Source: Octopus vulgaris (Eukaryota). Taken from it: a DNA stretch of 64,000 nucleotides. Positions 25,373 through 41,335 of the stretch are shown here, piece after piece. The stretch covers positions 88,536,001 through 88,600,000 of the forward strand of contig OX597815.1 in NCBI GenBank assembly GCA_951406725.2, read 5' to 3'. Within the stretch, counting starts at the first letter, position 1, and every line of letters starts with the position of its first letter. The translations under genes were made by a program, and so were the position numbers. Under the pieces are notes generated by a model. That model saw only the letters and a program-made list of their open reading frames with translations, was not told the DNA's origin and did no database searches.

Positions 25373-25569
25373 TATATATATGTCAACCATGTGCGTATAA
25401 ATGTAATCAAGCAAATATCTGTAGTTTTAGTAGAAGCGTCGAAATGTGTATAGTACGATATAAATAAGAAGATACTTTTTCGAACGCAAAGTTGCTGTTA
25501 GAGCAGTAGAAATACTGAGTAAATTACTTCAGGGGCATATATATGCGCGAGCGAGCATGAGTGATCCAC

Positions 25570-25742
25570 TACCGCTTGGTAACAGGTGTTTCTTTACGTC
25601 TCCGTAGCTTAAGGTTTCGGCAAAAGATATCAATAAAATATGTACCGGGCTTGGAAATAAACACCGAGGTCGATTTGTTCGACTAAACCCTTCAAGGCGG
25701 TACCCCATCATGGCCACAGTCCAGTGACTAAAATTAGTAAAA
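25570..25742 (+). mobile_element. 3' half of SINE family A, diverged
   Basis: TTTACGTCTCCGTAGCTTAAGGTTTCGGCAAAAGA..GGTCGATTTGTTCGACTAAA..CATGGCCACAGTCCAGTGACT. Confidence 0.7.
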
Positions 25743-25785
25743 TATACTTCATAACATATATATAGCAGATGGTTTTACTTATTTT

Positions 25786-25855
<70 letters not shown>

Positions 25856-26828
25856 ATGTGTCTGTGTGTGTGTGTGTGTATGTGTGTGTACACAGGCTTG
25901 TATGCGCACACACACATCCACACTCATACAAAATAGCTTCGTTGATTACAGATTCTCAACTCACTGGTTCACTGCATTGCTGGTAGGAGAGAGGCAAAGA
26001 AATCTTTGTAACTTGGCGTGGAACAAATATCTAAGGCACAGGTTTTTCAGTTTTTGCATCAATGTTTATAATCTTCGTCTATATACATAAGGGAAAGATA
26101 CGCATTCTGGCTCAGACAATACACACGCGCACACAAAACTGCCATTCGCACAGTATTCATCTATGATTTTTCACCTACAAGAAATTCATCAAGCTCTGGC
26201 TACAGTAGAAGACACTGCCTAAGGTACAGTACGGTGGGAAAGTACGCAATACGTGGCAACGGAGCGAATTTCTTCACTATCAAAACATACCGTCACCATT
26301 GTGTTTATATTTCTCAGCATTCAATGACAGAGATTGAAATTGTTAAATATTTTATACGATCAGTTTCCAGTTAAGTCAAAAGTTAGCATAGTACTCAAAT
26401 TAAATTTACAAATAGAGCACAATCTATCTTGTTGATTTCTATCATTATTTCATAGTTATCTTGTAAATATACTCGGAAGATATCGGCGTCGTTCTTTACA
26501 TTTAAGACTAAACAAATTAAAACCGTTTCAAATAGTTTGAGTTTTATGAAGGCTTGATCGGTTAATAAAAATAAAGAATCAAAAATTAGAGCCGAAATTT
26601 TTGCCGATGTTCATTTGATTGTAGTGTCGAATACTATCTGATAATATATAGCCATTATATATTTCCTGTACATCTACAGACAAGGAGAGAGTCAATTATA
26701 ACTATGAGCTGTCTGAAGTGCATATGAAAATATTCAACAGGTGTAGAAACAATATTAGCAAGCAGTCTTGATGAGAGATCACAAATCTAACATGATAAAC
26801 AAAGCACTTGCTGAAATCTTCTTGATAC

Positions 26829-26928
26829 NNNNNNNNNNNNNNNNNNNNNNNNNNNNNNNNNNNNNNNNNNNNNNNNNNNNNNNNNNNNNNNNNNNNNNNN
26901 NNNNNNNNNNNNNNNNNNNNNNNNNNNN
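26829..26928. other. Assembly gap (exactly 100 N, unknown-size scaffold join)
   Basis: Run of N. Confidence 1.
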
Positions 26929-27756
26929 TTACACTTTTATCGCCTTCAAATTATTCTCCATTTGAAGCAATGCATCGGTCTAGACGGGTTTTCCACTGTT
27001 CGAAGCAGTCCTGGAACTCTTGCGAAGTGATACCTTTTAACGCTTCCATCGTTTTTTTTTTCTTCATTTCTTCCACATCTGCAAATTCCAAAGCACCAGC
27101 TTTTGTCACCAGTGTTGACCTTCAAAAAAAGGTCCGGAAGAGCTTCCAACAGTTCTTTCAGTTCACAATATGCATTCAGTCGCGACTGCTTTCGGTCTTC
27201 TGTGAGCAAACGAGGCACAAATTTTGCTGCAATTCATTTCATTCACAATTCCTCACTCAAAATCGTTGGCGGGAGCTCCAGGACACGCCAGTCATATCAA
27301 CAAGTTTGTCAATTGTTCAATGACGGTCCTCCATGGTCAGTTCATGAATTTTTATGATGTTTTCATTTGTTCGGGACGTCGACGGTGGCTCTGATCGAGG
27401 TTGATCCTCAAGCGATAAGGGACCATTCCTAAAGCGTGAAAACCATTTGTAAACTTCTGTTTTGCTCATGGTAGCGGTCTTGTAAGCTGTTTGAAGCATG
27501 ACAACGGTTTTGGCCGGGGTTTTCCTTAGCAGAAAACAGAATTTCACAGAAGCCTGTTGTTCCTTCGTTTCAGCCATCGCAAAAATCGACGAACAGAGTA
27601 GAAGCACTACAAAACAGATGCACCACGTGGCAGTACGATTTTAGCCGTCGACGTCGGTCAGCAGACTGATGCCTGAGGGTCGCATCAAGTAGCTTCTAGC
27701 GGCAGAAGCCTGAACTACACCGAGAACGTTTCCGGTTACTTTTGTGTACCCGCTCG
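26929..27756 (-). mobile_element. Duplicate of the mariner at 6814-7704, missing the left TIR at the contig start
   Basis: Near-identical sequence. Confidence 0.9.
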
Positions 27757-29772
27757 TATATATATATATATATATATATAATTAATATTCAGTTGAATTA
27801 GGTACTTAATTGGAAGTTGCTTGAAACGGCCGTAATGAATTGACACCTGTACATCTTTGTTACTCATTTATATATATAATGCAAACTTAGGTGTAACACT
27901 TTAGATGAGGATGGGGAGGCATTTTGGGGAAAATGATACTACGGTTTGTTCTTTTACATGCAAATTTGCATTCAAGAAATGTTCTATCTCTACTCTTCAT
28001 GTTTTCGAGGCGAATGACATAAGCACAAAAAAAAGGAGAAAAGACAACAGCATCGTCTGATTATTATTCCAACCTTACCCTTAACCTCGTTTTCAGGTGA
28101 AAGAAAGAAAATTATTGTAACACAATAATTATCTGTCAAATCAATTCCATGACCAAAGTTTGAATTCCTAATGTGGACATTGTGAATCCAATCTAATTTA
28201 AACTAAGTCGATGCGTTTTGATCGAATCCAATCATTATTGTATATAAATGCAGAGTTATAAATGGATGATCGATAGGGTGCCGGACAACTTTGTGAACTG
28301 TCGATCTATAGATCAGTGTTGTACTGTGTAAGTGGTTAACAAGCTTAACTGTCACAATCACAGACCATCTGTGTAAATAGGTATCAGATATCAAAATAGT
28401 TTACAACAGTAAACATCATCATTAATATAAAATTGACGAGTGTTTCCTTCGCATGCAGTGCTGAGTTCGATTCCTCCTCTGGGAAAATGCAGACGAGGTG
28501 TTTAGTCGTACTGGTATTATTACTAATATGTTTAAATGACAAATCAAAGGACGCCTATTGGCGGTCGCTCGACTTGCTACACTACATTGCTTTATTTTCA
28601 AAAAATAGGATATCTACAACATATTTAATGTGTTATTGCTTTATGTAAGTTAGTAAGGTGCAACTGAAGAACATTTAGCTGCATAGTGGCATTTCTTTTG
28701 TTCTCAGTCCTAAGTTCAAACTCCGTCAGAGTCAGCTTGCTTAACATCCTTTTGAAGCCGATAAAAAGAAAGTATCGGTCAAATAATATGGAGTTCCCCA
28801 TCCCTGAAATGTCTATATTATTATTGTGGAGGTGCAATGACCCAACGGTTAGGGCAGGACTCGCGGTCATTGGATCGCGGTTTCGATTTCCAGATCGGGC
28901 GTTGTAAATGTTTATTGAACGAAAACATCTAAATCTCCACCAGGCTCCGGCAGGAAGCGGTGGAGAACCCTGCTGTATTCTTTCACCACAACTTTCTCTC
29001 ACTCTTTCTGTTGTACCTGTATTTCAAAGGGCCAGCCTTGTCATACTGTTACACTGAATCTCCCTGAGAACAATGTTAAGGGAACACATGTCTGTGGAGT
29101 GCTCAGCCACTTGCACGTTAATTTCATGAGGAGACTGTTCCATTGATCGGATCAACTGGAACTCTCGTCGTCGTAACCGACGGAGTGCCACGATATTATT
29201 ATTATTGTCATTATTGTTATTGAGCGAGAGAGCAGTGCATGCCATCAAAGTGACACTAGGGTACAAATATACGAAGCCTAGTATGGCCATCATGACTACT
29301 TGTATGGTAAGGGTACACAAGGGACATGCTTTACAGCTGTATATGCGCGACATGGTGATCTTATATAAAGATAATCAGCACATGGCCTTGCAGATGGGGT
29401 CCAGTTAGAATTTTCTTCAGGCTGAGTAGCCCATCCTGCTGAAAGGGTTCCTGAATAAGGTTTGTTTAAGGATGATGAACAAAACACCCATGTTTCAAAG
29501 GAGAATTACTCAAACGCCAAAGAATTCCTCTCAACACATGGCTATGATGCTCCTCCACTACTCCTGCTCGTTATCACAGATGCACTTATCGTCAGCCGCT
29601 AAGGGACATGCTCAGCTGGTTAAGATCAAACAACTGACAAGCAAATCTGTGGTATTGAGCAGAATATTTGCTGTATCCCATCTTTTATACCAAGACAAAA
29701 CTGCTCATAATAACACTTCCAATCAGTTAAGAGGAGAAGCCATGAGAGCCACTGCCTAGTACTGCATCAGGG

Positions 29773-29823
<51 letters not shown>

Positions 29824-30010
29824 TAATAAGGCAGCGAGCTGGCAGAATCGTTAGCGTGCTGGACGAAATGGTTAGCGCGATTTCGCTGAAATCGACTTTA
29901 CCTTTCATCCTTTCGCGGTCGATAAATTAAGTACCAGTTGAGTACTGGGGTCAATGTAATCGACTATCCTCCTCCCCCAAATTTCATGCCTTGTGCCTAT
30001 AATAGAAAGG

Positions 30011-30074
<64 letters not shown>

Positions 30075-30076
<2 letters not shown>

Positions 30077-30430
30077 AAGTGAAGGCGGAGTTATTGTTTC
30101 AGTCGTGTTTGCTTGTTTGGCCGTAGACAAGATATCTCAAGAACCGCTGGATGAATTTCAGATGAAACTTTCCGGGATGTTTGGTCTCGTAGCTGACACG
30201 AACTGAATTGATTTTAGAATCGATTCGGTACCGGACAACGATTCTGGATTATTTTTCTTGTTTATTTACTTAATTTTTGAGAGCGGTCGAGTTCATTTTT
30301 AGTATTCTAGTTTCTGAGAGCAGTCGAGCTTCTTTCAGATATTCTCATTTTAAAAATCATCTCTTCCTAATTGTTGAGAGGACGTTGGTGTTGCTTTGGC
30401 GGAGGTTTGCCCTCTCTGAGTTCTCTTGTT
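30075..30430 (+). mobile_element. Non-autonomous Helentron/Helitron2-type element (HINE-like)
   Basis: AAGGCGGAGTTATTGTTTCAGTCG..AAGATATCTCAAGAACCGCTGGATGAATTTCAGATGAAACTTT.. and 3' end TTGGCGGAGGTTTGCCCTCTCTGAGTTCTCTTGTT, matching the HINE-type layout of subterminal repeat plus 3' hairpin. Confidence 0.62.
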
Positions 30431-31352
30431 ATCAATATTATTAAAGATACACACACACAGACATACGCATGTACAATTTCACTGATTTATGATATCCTGG
30501 GAAAACTAGAGGTTCATCAGATTAATTCGAATTTGGCCTGAATACAGTTGGATGAGTTAAGGTATAACCGTCTTCTTTACTTCTCATAGCTAAAATTGAG
30601 TGCAAATGCAAAGTAACGCTTTATAATAAATATACCATGTATTTAACTTTATCAAAAACTATATGTTATGCCCTACGTGAAAGAAGTAAATTATCCATCT
30701 TGTCAGTGCACGCAATGTTATGCAAATTATATCGATCTATTGAACTGAGTCCTAGTTTAAAAAACACTTTAAATAGAAACAAAATACTTGTCTCTCTAGG
30801 GACAAAGTAGTAAAATCGATCCCACTATTTCTGTCTTCAGTGCGATAAAACAAATTGTTTACTTCTGGTGTAGATAAATTTGTGTTTTTCATTATAAAAA
30901 TCATATACTTCATATATACATACATGCATACATCTGTGTATATATATATATAGCGAGAGAGAGAGAAAGAGAAAATTTTGTAAATTAGATTGTACTTTCA
31001 GTATTATGTCTCCCACCAGTTAATATCCATAAACTTGCTTTAAAATAATAACCTTAAATTAACATACACACACGCACGCACACACATACACGCACACACA
31101 CGCACACACACACACACGCACGCACACACACACACACGCACGCACATATATATACACATACATATATACATACATATATATATATATATATATCGTAGGA
31201 GTGGCTGTGTGGTAAGTAGTTTGCTTACGAACCACATTGTTCCGGGTTCGTCCCACTGCATGGCACCTTGGGCAAGTGTCTTCTACTATAGCCTCAGGCC
31301 GACCATAGCCTTGCGAGTGGATTTGGTAGACGGAAACTGAAAGAAGCCCGTC

Positions 31353-31422
<70 letters not shown>

Positions 31423-32171
31423 GTATGTGTATGTATATGTTTGTGTGTCTGTATTTGTCCCCCCAACATCGCTTGACAACCGATGCTGGTGTATTTACGT
31501 CCCTGTAACTTAGCGGTTTGGCAAAAGAGACCGATAGAAATAACTGAAACAACTAAAAGAGTAAAGAGTAAAGAGTATACAACTGATCTTCGCAAGCAGA
31601 GTTTAGTGTCCAATGAAGAAAAGGCACGCATAAGTGGACTGGTTACACCCCTAGCATAGGCCACAAGGTTATGGTCACACTTGCGCTTGCCGAGTCTTCT
31701 GCAACACAGCATATTTCCAGAGGTCTCGGCCACTAGTCATTGCCTCGGTGAGGCCCAATGTTTGATGGTCATGCTTCACCACCTTATCCCAGGTCTTCCT
31801 GGGTCTACTTCTTCCACAGGTTCCCTGAACTGCTAGAGTGTGGCACTTTTTCACACATTTATCCACATCCATTCTAGCCTCATGAACATACCAGCGCAGT
31901 CGTCTCTCTTGCACATCACATCTGATGCTTCTTAGGTCCAACCTTTCTCTCAGGGCACTAACACTCTGTCGAGTATGCACACTGACATTACACATCCATC
32001 GGAACATGCTGACTTCATTCCTTGCGAGCTTACGCATATCCTCAGCAGTCACGGCCCATGTTTCACTGCCATGTAGCATTGCTGTTCGTATACATGCGTC
32101 GTACAGTCTACCTTTTACTCTGAGCGAGAGGCCTTTTGTCACCAGCAGAGGTAAGAGCTCTCTGAACTTAG

Positions 32172-32223
<52 letters not shown>

Positions 32224-32710
32224 CAATAAGAAAATGGAGGGGATCATGAGGTGGTATTCATCAGCTTTTAGACATTATATTATGTCTATTTATTTTTAGC
32301 TACTCGATAAACAAAAGTAAAGGAAAATAATAAAGTATCTTGATTAATACCCGGAAATTTATTACTTTTAGTACCAACTAATATCACGGGTATTCATATA
32401 AATTCTAACCCATTTAATGTGGACCTTTGTCAATCGCATGTTTATATGAAGATATATATATGTTTGTGTATAATTATTATAATTACATAAAAAGAAAATA
32501 CAAACTACTGCTTTAATCCTCCCTTCTCAATACATGTAATATGTATGTACCTATAGGTATGTTTGTACGTAAATATATATGTGTATATATATATATATAT
32601 ACGCTCGAAACGTCAAACCCTCCTTCTTCCCTTCTTTCCTGAGCGTCCAATAATACTTTATTTGTTCCACATCCTTGCGTTGTTGTCTTTTTGTTTTCTT
32701 GTTTGGATTA

Positions 32711-32795
<85 letters not shown>

Positions 32796-33540
32796 CTGTA
32801 TGTGTGTGTATGTATATGTGTATATATATATGTGTATTCCTCATTTATATACCTTTTCATTCCTACATAACTACAATAATCATAAGATATATTGATTTTT
32901 TATAATTCTACTATTATTTCTCTTTTGATAACTTTCTCTTTCCTCTGTTTATACTTTATCTAATATAATACACCTAATTATAATAATAATAATTGATTCC
33001 TTTGTATGCATATACATATAAATATATATATATATGTGTTTATGTATACTTATGTATATGTATGTATATGTAAAAGTGTGTATATATGAATGTATTTATA
33101 TTTATAACTTAACCTTATGAACTTTCTAAACTCTCTGACGAAGCCCCGAGACACACCCAAGTATCTTAATCTTATCTACCAAATACGTCAGTTCACTGAA
33201 GGGCTGGAAGTAGAGTATATATATATATATTTTACTTACTTATTATATCACTATACCTATATATATGTACCAGTGGTATAATAATTCACTGAAATCCCTT
33301 CGACAATTACTATAGAATATAGTAATTACTATTGAATATGTTGGTCATGTTTCTTGGTAAGAAAGTAAGAAATCAATATTAGACCATTTCAATTTCATCA
33401 GGAGGAATAAAGATGATTGTTTTATTGTACATAAATGGTTTCTTGTATAATTTCTGTAGTTTGGTTTTGTTGGTTGTTTTGTTTTCCACAAAACGCTATC
33501 ACATGTTTTATAATCGTTCAAATGTGTGTGTATGTATGTA

Positions 33541-33606
<66 letters not shown>

Positions 33607-33735
33607 GCTTAAGATATTTGAGGACAGATTTATGTTTATAAAAAAAAACATATATAACATATAATATCTTTATCAAAAAATTATATGACACTTTTCTATA
33701 GTGTTATTCAATAAAACACACACACACGGACATAC

Positions 33736-33820
<85 letters not shown>

Positions 33821-33973
33821 CATTCTCTTGTTTGTAGGTTGTCACACTGTCACACGTATCATGATATCCAGTGGGGATTACTCACAAAATAATACCTATA
33901 TATATATATATATATATGTAAATATGTATATATGTATATATGTATGTATGTGCGTGTGTGTGAATAAATAAAT

Positions 33974-34008
<35 letters not shown>

Positions 34009-34785
34009 GTACTTACTACTATGTATGCATTCATCCATGCATACAGACGCACATATATACCAACAATTAATTTACAAACGAAAGAGAAAGTGAAAGAACA
34101 TGGAGAGGTTTAAAGTATATTTTATAAGCAAACATTCGACACATTGACTCCACAATTACTTTACTAGAAATTTCATGTAGTGTAGATGTGTGTGTGTGTG
34201 CATGCGTGTGCGAGTGTGTGTGTGTGTGTGAAATTTTGAGGAGCAATACAGTAAATCACATACGTACACACATACATAAACAGACATACATAACGTATAC
34301 GTACATACAAATACATGCATACAAACTTAGGTTCTTACCGAGTGATAGACTCATAAGGCCAGATTCTCAGATTCTGTGGTGTATACATTACTCCTCTAGA
34401 CAGGACAGCATTCAGTGTCAGAATTACTCATTTTTACCAGCTTAGTGGACTGGAGCATCGGGAAACGGAGTGTTTTGATCAAGAACATAACGCATCGCCC
34501 GGTCCAGGATTCGAAAGCAAAAATCTACGATCATGAATGCAAACCGTTAACCCCTAAGACACGTGCGTCCATAAATAAATACATACATGCACAGGCAACA
34601 CATGCATTCATACATATGTATACGAAAATATCATGTGTACACAGACATGACCACATATAAGATATGTGTGTGCATGTGTGCGTATAAATATGTATACATG
34701 CACTCACTAATACACACCCACGCACGTACTGGTCTCCTTCTAAGTCTTCTTACAAGTATGTGTGTGTATATGTATATATATATAG

Positions 34786-34828
<43 letters not shown>

Positions 34829-35448
34829 GATGTGTATGCATATATATATATATATACCCAATATGAATAGATTGACAGATAGACGGATGGCAACAATCAT
34901 ATTTATAACAGTTACTAGTGCCATTCGTCAGGCTAAAGATTATTTATGCCACTATTGTTGTCTGCAATAACATTAAATTGTTATTGGTGTTTTGCATCCA
35001 AAGGAAGAACATAAATAAAAATAATGAAAAAAAAAAAAATCAATATGCAAATCAATTGAAAACAAAAACACGAACAACTAAATTAACTGAAAGAAGCCAA
35101 TGAAGAGAGCATAGGTTCTCACCGAGTGAGAAAAACAGGTAGAGAGAGAGAGAGAAACTTGCTTCTTTTTAAGCATAATTTATTTATTTATATATTTATA
35201 TATTTCGTAGAGGCATTTTTTCCTGTGCTGTATCGATCAAACTATGGCAACGATGACTTACTAGGCTTCATTTTTGAAGATTTATGATTCATGTTTAAGT
35301 AATACTATCAACTGTGTATCATAGAAATTACAGAGAATTTGGTTTCGGAATTATACCGTCTTAAAAGCGGCCACACAGATATACCTGCTCGTACACTCAT
35401 GCGCACGTACACATCATTCTAACTCACTCATATACACGCTAGGCGAGT

Positions 35449-35545
<97 letters not shown>

Positions 35546-35827
35546 AAGAATGTGTACATATGCGTACGTGCGTTTTTTTGTAACTCTGCTAACACAGTAG
35601 ACTACGGTATTCGAATTACACGTGCAACCTAACCGACAGGCCTGCAGATAGTTTCTAGCTTCTCATTTTCATTTAGAAAACTTTTGCCGATTGTAAATTC
35701 AGAAGCACTTAGTCAAGTGTCTTTGATCACAATCCGAGGTTATGGCCAAAGAAACTTACCTAAATGCTGCGGTGTTGGATGGAACAAGAAACACACACAG
35801 ACACACACACACACATCTCTCATTTCC

Positions 35828-35968
<141 letters not shown>

Positions 35969-37555
35969 TCTTTAATTCTTTTACTTGTTTCAGTCATTGG
36001 ACTGCGGCCATGCTCGGGCACTATCTTAAAGAATTTTAGTCGAATGAAACAATCCCAATACTTATGTTCGACTGCTACTGTTAAGCTTAGAGCTCCACGT
36101 AGATTATTATCGCTCAATATGCTCCCAGGATAGTGGTTAAGCAACAACTATAGTTAGTAGTATTACTAGTTATGAAATAGAGAGCCAATGTAGGAGAAAT
36201 AACGATAAACTTAGCTTTATATTATTAGTTCCTACGTACGTTTTACCATTATGATTACTTGGAACTTTGCAATTATTGTTCCAAATGCATATGGATGTTT
36301 TACCAGAACGGATTTTCAGGGAACACTTTATTGCATCACATTACATTTTTTTGCAATAAGTGAGACATATAAAGAAAAATAGTAAACAAACAAGAATACA
36401 CAGCCCAAAACATTGTCACATGTGTTACATGTTATAGTTCGAGTTGATTTTACCAATAAAGCGTTGGAATTTTACTCTTTGTTGGATTGACCTGTTTGGT
36501 TGTAGGTTATTTATGAAGCCGAAATGTGATCTTTCATAATTATATAAGTATTTTTTCGGCGAGAATTTTAACCCCATAATCTTACTTAAAACCGGAGCTT
36601 ATTCTTTTGGCCTTATTACCTATTGTACTTATAGTATTATTGGTGATGCCATTTTTGGTTATTGGTTATTCTACTTTCAGTAGGTTGTTAAGAATACTCT
36701 TTTCTATTCTAGGCACAAGGCCCGAAATTTTTTGGGAGGGGTCCAGTCGATTAGATCGACCCCAGTTCACAACTGGTACTGAATTTATCGACCCCGAAGG
36801 GTTGAAAGGCAAAGTCGACCTCGGCAGAATTTGAACTCAGAATGTAAAGACAGACGAAATACCTATTTCTTTACTACCCACAAGGGGCTAAACACAGAAG
36901 GGACAAAGAAGGACAGACAAACGAATTAAGTCGATTATATCGACCCCAGTTCGAAAACTGGTACTTATTTAATCGACTCTGAAAGGATGAAAGGCAAAGT
37001 CGACCTCGGCAGAATTTGAACTCAGAACGTAAAGACAGACGAAATACCGCTAAGCATTTCGCCCGGCGTTCTAACGTTTCTGCCAGCTCGCTGCCTTGGT
37101 TGTTGCAAATATTGCAATGCTTCTTGTTTTGTCTGCCCGTATAAGTATTTTTTTTTGATTTCCGGATGTTCTCTTTATTGAGTTTTTGTTGGAAGATGTT
37201 ATACATTTTTATCAGCTCTATATTCTTCACCATTTTGAAGATGCCCTCGAAGTGATATGTTCGTAGATAGATATCCTTTTGTCACGAAGACGAATTTGGA
37301 CGCCTTTGGTGCTTATTCGTCCAGTTTGTGGAAAAAGAATACCTTCTAGCGCATTCTTTTCATCTAAATCGTTTGCGCGATATATTGACAATTTCACGCA
37401 GTATTAGTAAGAAGTATGCAGTATGCCTATATTTCTAGTGCATCATGCTGGGATGAATTAAAAATAATATCGCGGCACGTTGAAGGGAAACCATTTAAAG
37501 TTGAAAGAGTTGTTAGGAGCAAATAATTTTCAAATGCTGAGAGATAGATAGATAG

Positions 37556-37623
<68 letters not shown>

Positions 37624-38528
37624 GATAGAGAAAGAGTGGGAAAATGAGAGAGAGTGAGAGAGATAATGAGAGAGAACATTCCAGAGAAAGATGAATGAGA
37701 ATTTGAAGTAAAAGTGACTCAGTGTATGATTAGGAGCAAAGGGGGAAAAGAAACTATGAATGACACAAGAGTGAGAGAAAAAAAGATAAAGCGACCAACA
37801 ACATACATATATATATATATATACATATATAGAAAGAGAGAGAGAGGGGGAGAGAGAGAGAGAGCAAAGATTAAGATGAGCATAAATAAGTGTGAGAGAG
37901 CAAGAGTTAGGTAAGCGATGGTGGGGAATCTTATGCAGAGTAGTAACAGATTTAGAAAATGTTACATCAAAACAAGGAGGAAAAAAATGTGTTGCAAAAG
38001 TAAACCAGAAACGTAAACAAGCCAGGAAACTGCTTCTTTTGACAAACTCAGGTTTTATAAGATTAAATAAGAAGTAAAATAAAATAAAAACGAGTAATCT
38101 ATAAAGTTCATATTAAAACAAAATAAAACATTATTTAATAAAACTAGATTCCAGTTACGTTAAACAATAATGTATCAACGAAGATGTTTAATTTTATGCT
38201 TAATCTGTTTGGTCTTCCTGATTAAAGACTGACATCCTTTATACCTGTCGGTTTTTCAGCAAAAAAATCTTAGAGCAGTGTTTTTTTTAAAATTCTGCTT
38301 GAATCTTTACTTTGATTTCTTTTTTTTTTTCAGAAAATTCTTTACTTGTGGAGATTTCCATTACTGTATCTGAGTAATTAATTGTTGTTTAGATATTACT
38401 ATAAATGCAACTGAGGGGTCAACGTGACCCAATGTTATTAATTCAGGAAACCCAAACCTGATGTTTCGCTTCCGTTCATTTTTATTTATTTCCATCGCAG
38501 CATTCTGTCTCTCTTTCGCTCTCTTTCA

Positions 38529-38565
<37 letters not shown>

Positions 38566-38670
38566 ATATGTATGTGTGCGTATGTATACATACACATATG
38601 TATCCATGTATAAATATATATTATACTGACATATGTACACATTATACATTTTTACATAAATATTCACACA

Positions 38671-38706
<36 letters not shown>

Positions 38707-38793
38707 TGTATGTATATGCATGACTGTCTGCCTGTATGTATATATGTATCTACCTATGTGTCTATCTCTATTTCTTTGTGTTTGTGAGTGTGC

Positions 38794-38858
<65 letters not shown>

Positions 38859-39083
38859 CATATATACACATACATATATATGTATATATACGCCCGCGCA
38901 TGTGTGTGTGAAGACAGTATATACTTGAAACGAATCAAACTTGACTTAACTAATTCTTTGTAATAAACTTATTTGGCTTGTGGCTAAACTCGTATTTAAT
39001 CTTAATCTTGTCCAAGTCATTGCAGGTAGTAATATTATATAAGAAACAAAACACAGACACACACAGACACACACAGACACACA

Positions 39084-39130
<47 letters not shown>

Positions 39131-41287
39131 GAGCGCATATATGCATTTGCGGTCTTATACGTATTCCTTGAATATCAGAGATATCTTGATTAAATTACCC
39201 AGATCTCAAATTTATACGTAAAACGAGAACGTGATTACGTCTCACTTGGTTATTTCACTTATTCAATCCCTTTTTATTTTGTATGCATTACGTGTGCCTA
39301 CGGTGACAGTTCTAGTATTTCTTCCTATATTGCCAACCATAACATCTTAACTTCCTAAAGGCTTTCAATTTTCTGTCAAATAGATTTGTTTTTCTTTTGT
39401 TTGTCCTTCATTTTGTGAATTATAATGAATTATGCAACCACAATCCAAAAGCCAAAAAGTGTCTAGATATAAAATTCATGTTAACTGGGATTTTGAGTTT
39501 CGACTGGCAGCTTATTCAACCAAACTCGTGAATATGCTACCAGGTAAAGTCCACAGTGAACACTAGGTAATACAAAGGTGGGAAATACTTCGTCCTCGAA
39601 CAATTGTCGACACTTTACAAAACCCAAGTAAGGCCCAAACAACACTACTGTCAATATACGCAAAAATATATCATAGTGCATCTCAAAGAAAGCCAACGGC
39701 TGATTGTCGAGGAACCACTTATCAACGCAATCCAAATTTTGATCTGCTGGCACAGTGTCCCCGCTCTCTCCCATCAACACATAACACTTCGTCGGTTACG
39801 ACGATGAAGGTTCCAGTTGATCCGATCAATCGTGAAATTAACCTGGAAGTAGCAGAGCGCTCCACAGACACGCATTCACGTAGTTCTTAGGGAAATTCAG
39901 CGTGACACAGAATGTGACAAGGTAAACATTTTGAACTACAAGCACAACACATTTTTGCCAGCTGAGTGGACGGAAGCACTGAAATAAAGTGTCTTGCTCA
40001 AGGACACGACGCATAGCCTGAAATCGAACTCATGACTTTACGATCGTGAACCGAATACATAACCATACATAAATCCTCCCGCCTAAAATACACATATCTA
40101 CGTATTCAGTGTCATTATTATCAAGTGTTGTTTTCTCAGCTAGCTGAATAGCACTGATCGTTATCTCAGTGTTTCTAGTGCTATAATTATAAAGGTGCTG
40201 TATTTTAAGTCTTTCCAGTTCTTGACACCCATCCTTGTAATTCTTGGTTTTCTTCCTTTCTTACTATTTATTTTGCCTTCTATTAACAGCCTCTGTAAAC
40301 TATTTTGCTAATGGTGTTCAGGATATTTTAGCTTTCCCGATCCTGATGACACCTGATAAAATTTTCTTGTTGTCAGTTTTAGTGACTTCACCGTTGATTT
40401 ATATACCACATACACCTAAATTTACGTACTTAGTACCACGAAGCTAAAAAGAAAAAAAAAAACTTCTAGATACATAACAACATTTGCAAGACATATTGCT
40501 ACACATATAGTACATACATAATCCCTCACATGTATGTGTGTATAGCTATGAGTATTCATAACTGTACATACATACACAGCTACTCACGCATACATATACA
40601 ATCTCATATTGTCTATGCACAATGAAAGATACCGAAACACAATGTAAGTTGTTACAACTCATCAACATATAACACCAATAACCATACTTACACACACATC
40701 TGTTTCTGTTGGCTGAATTACGAACTCCACCCGTATTAATCACACATGAACATAAACACAATTTATGTAACAGCTCATACATATACAAATATACATAACC
40801 ATATTACCACATTCTCACTCAACTTATATGATCGCACAGTTCCATACAGACAATATAGCTGATAATCTACACAGACCATTGGCTCAAAAGAGGGTTCTAC
40901 TGAAGATTGTGTCTTTATATAAGGAAGCAAACTGTATCTACGAGCCAACAATTATGCATCTATGAGACAACGATGTTACGTCTATGGGCTAACGAAGGAG
41001 TCTCTATGAGCCAACAATGGCGCTTATAAGACCCCAAAACTTCTCTTTGTAATTTCTCATCCTACTAAAAATAGCATCTAAATCTCCCCCCACAAACTTA
41101 CTATAACGTCTTAAAAGGGAATGATACATTGTAAACTATATCAAATAAACTACATCTGAAAAATGTTGGACGTCTTTGATAATTGATCTGCTTAAAGCTG
41201 ACCCGAGCCAAAACGATAGCAATAAGAACAGGCACATGTATACATATATTATTTACTTATTTACTCTTATGCAGACATACATATCCC

Positions 41288-41335
<48 letters not shown>

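Noticed and set aside
26768-26965. ORF across the N run
   Set aside because: Artefact of translating the gap
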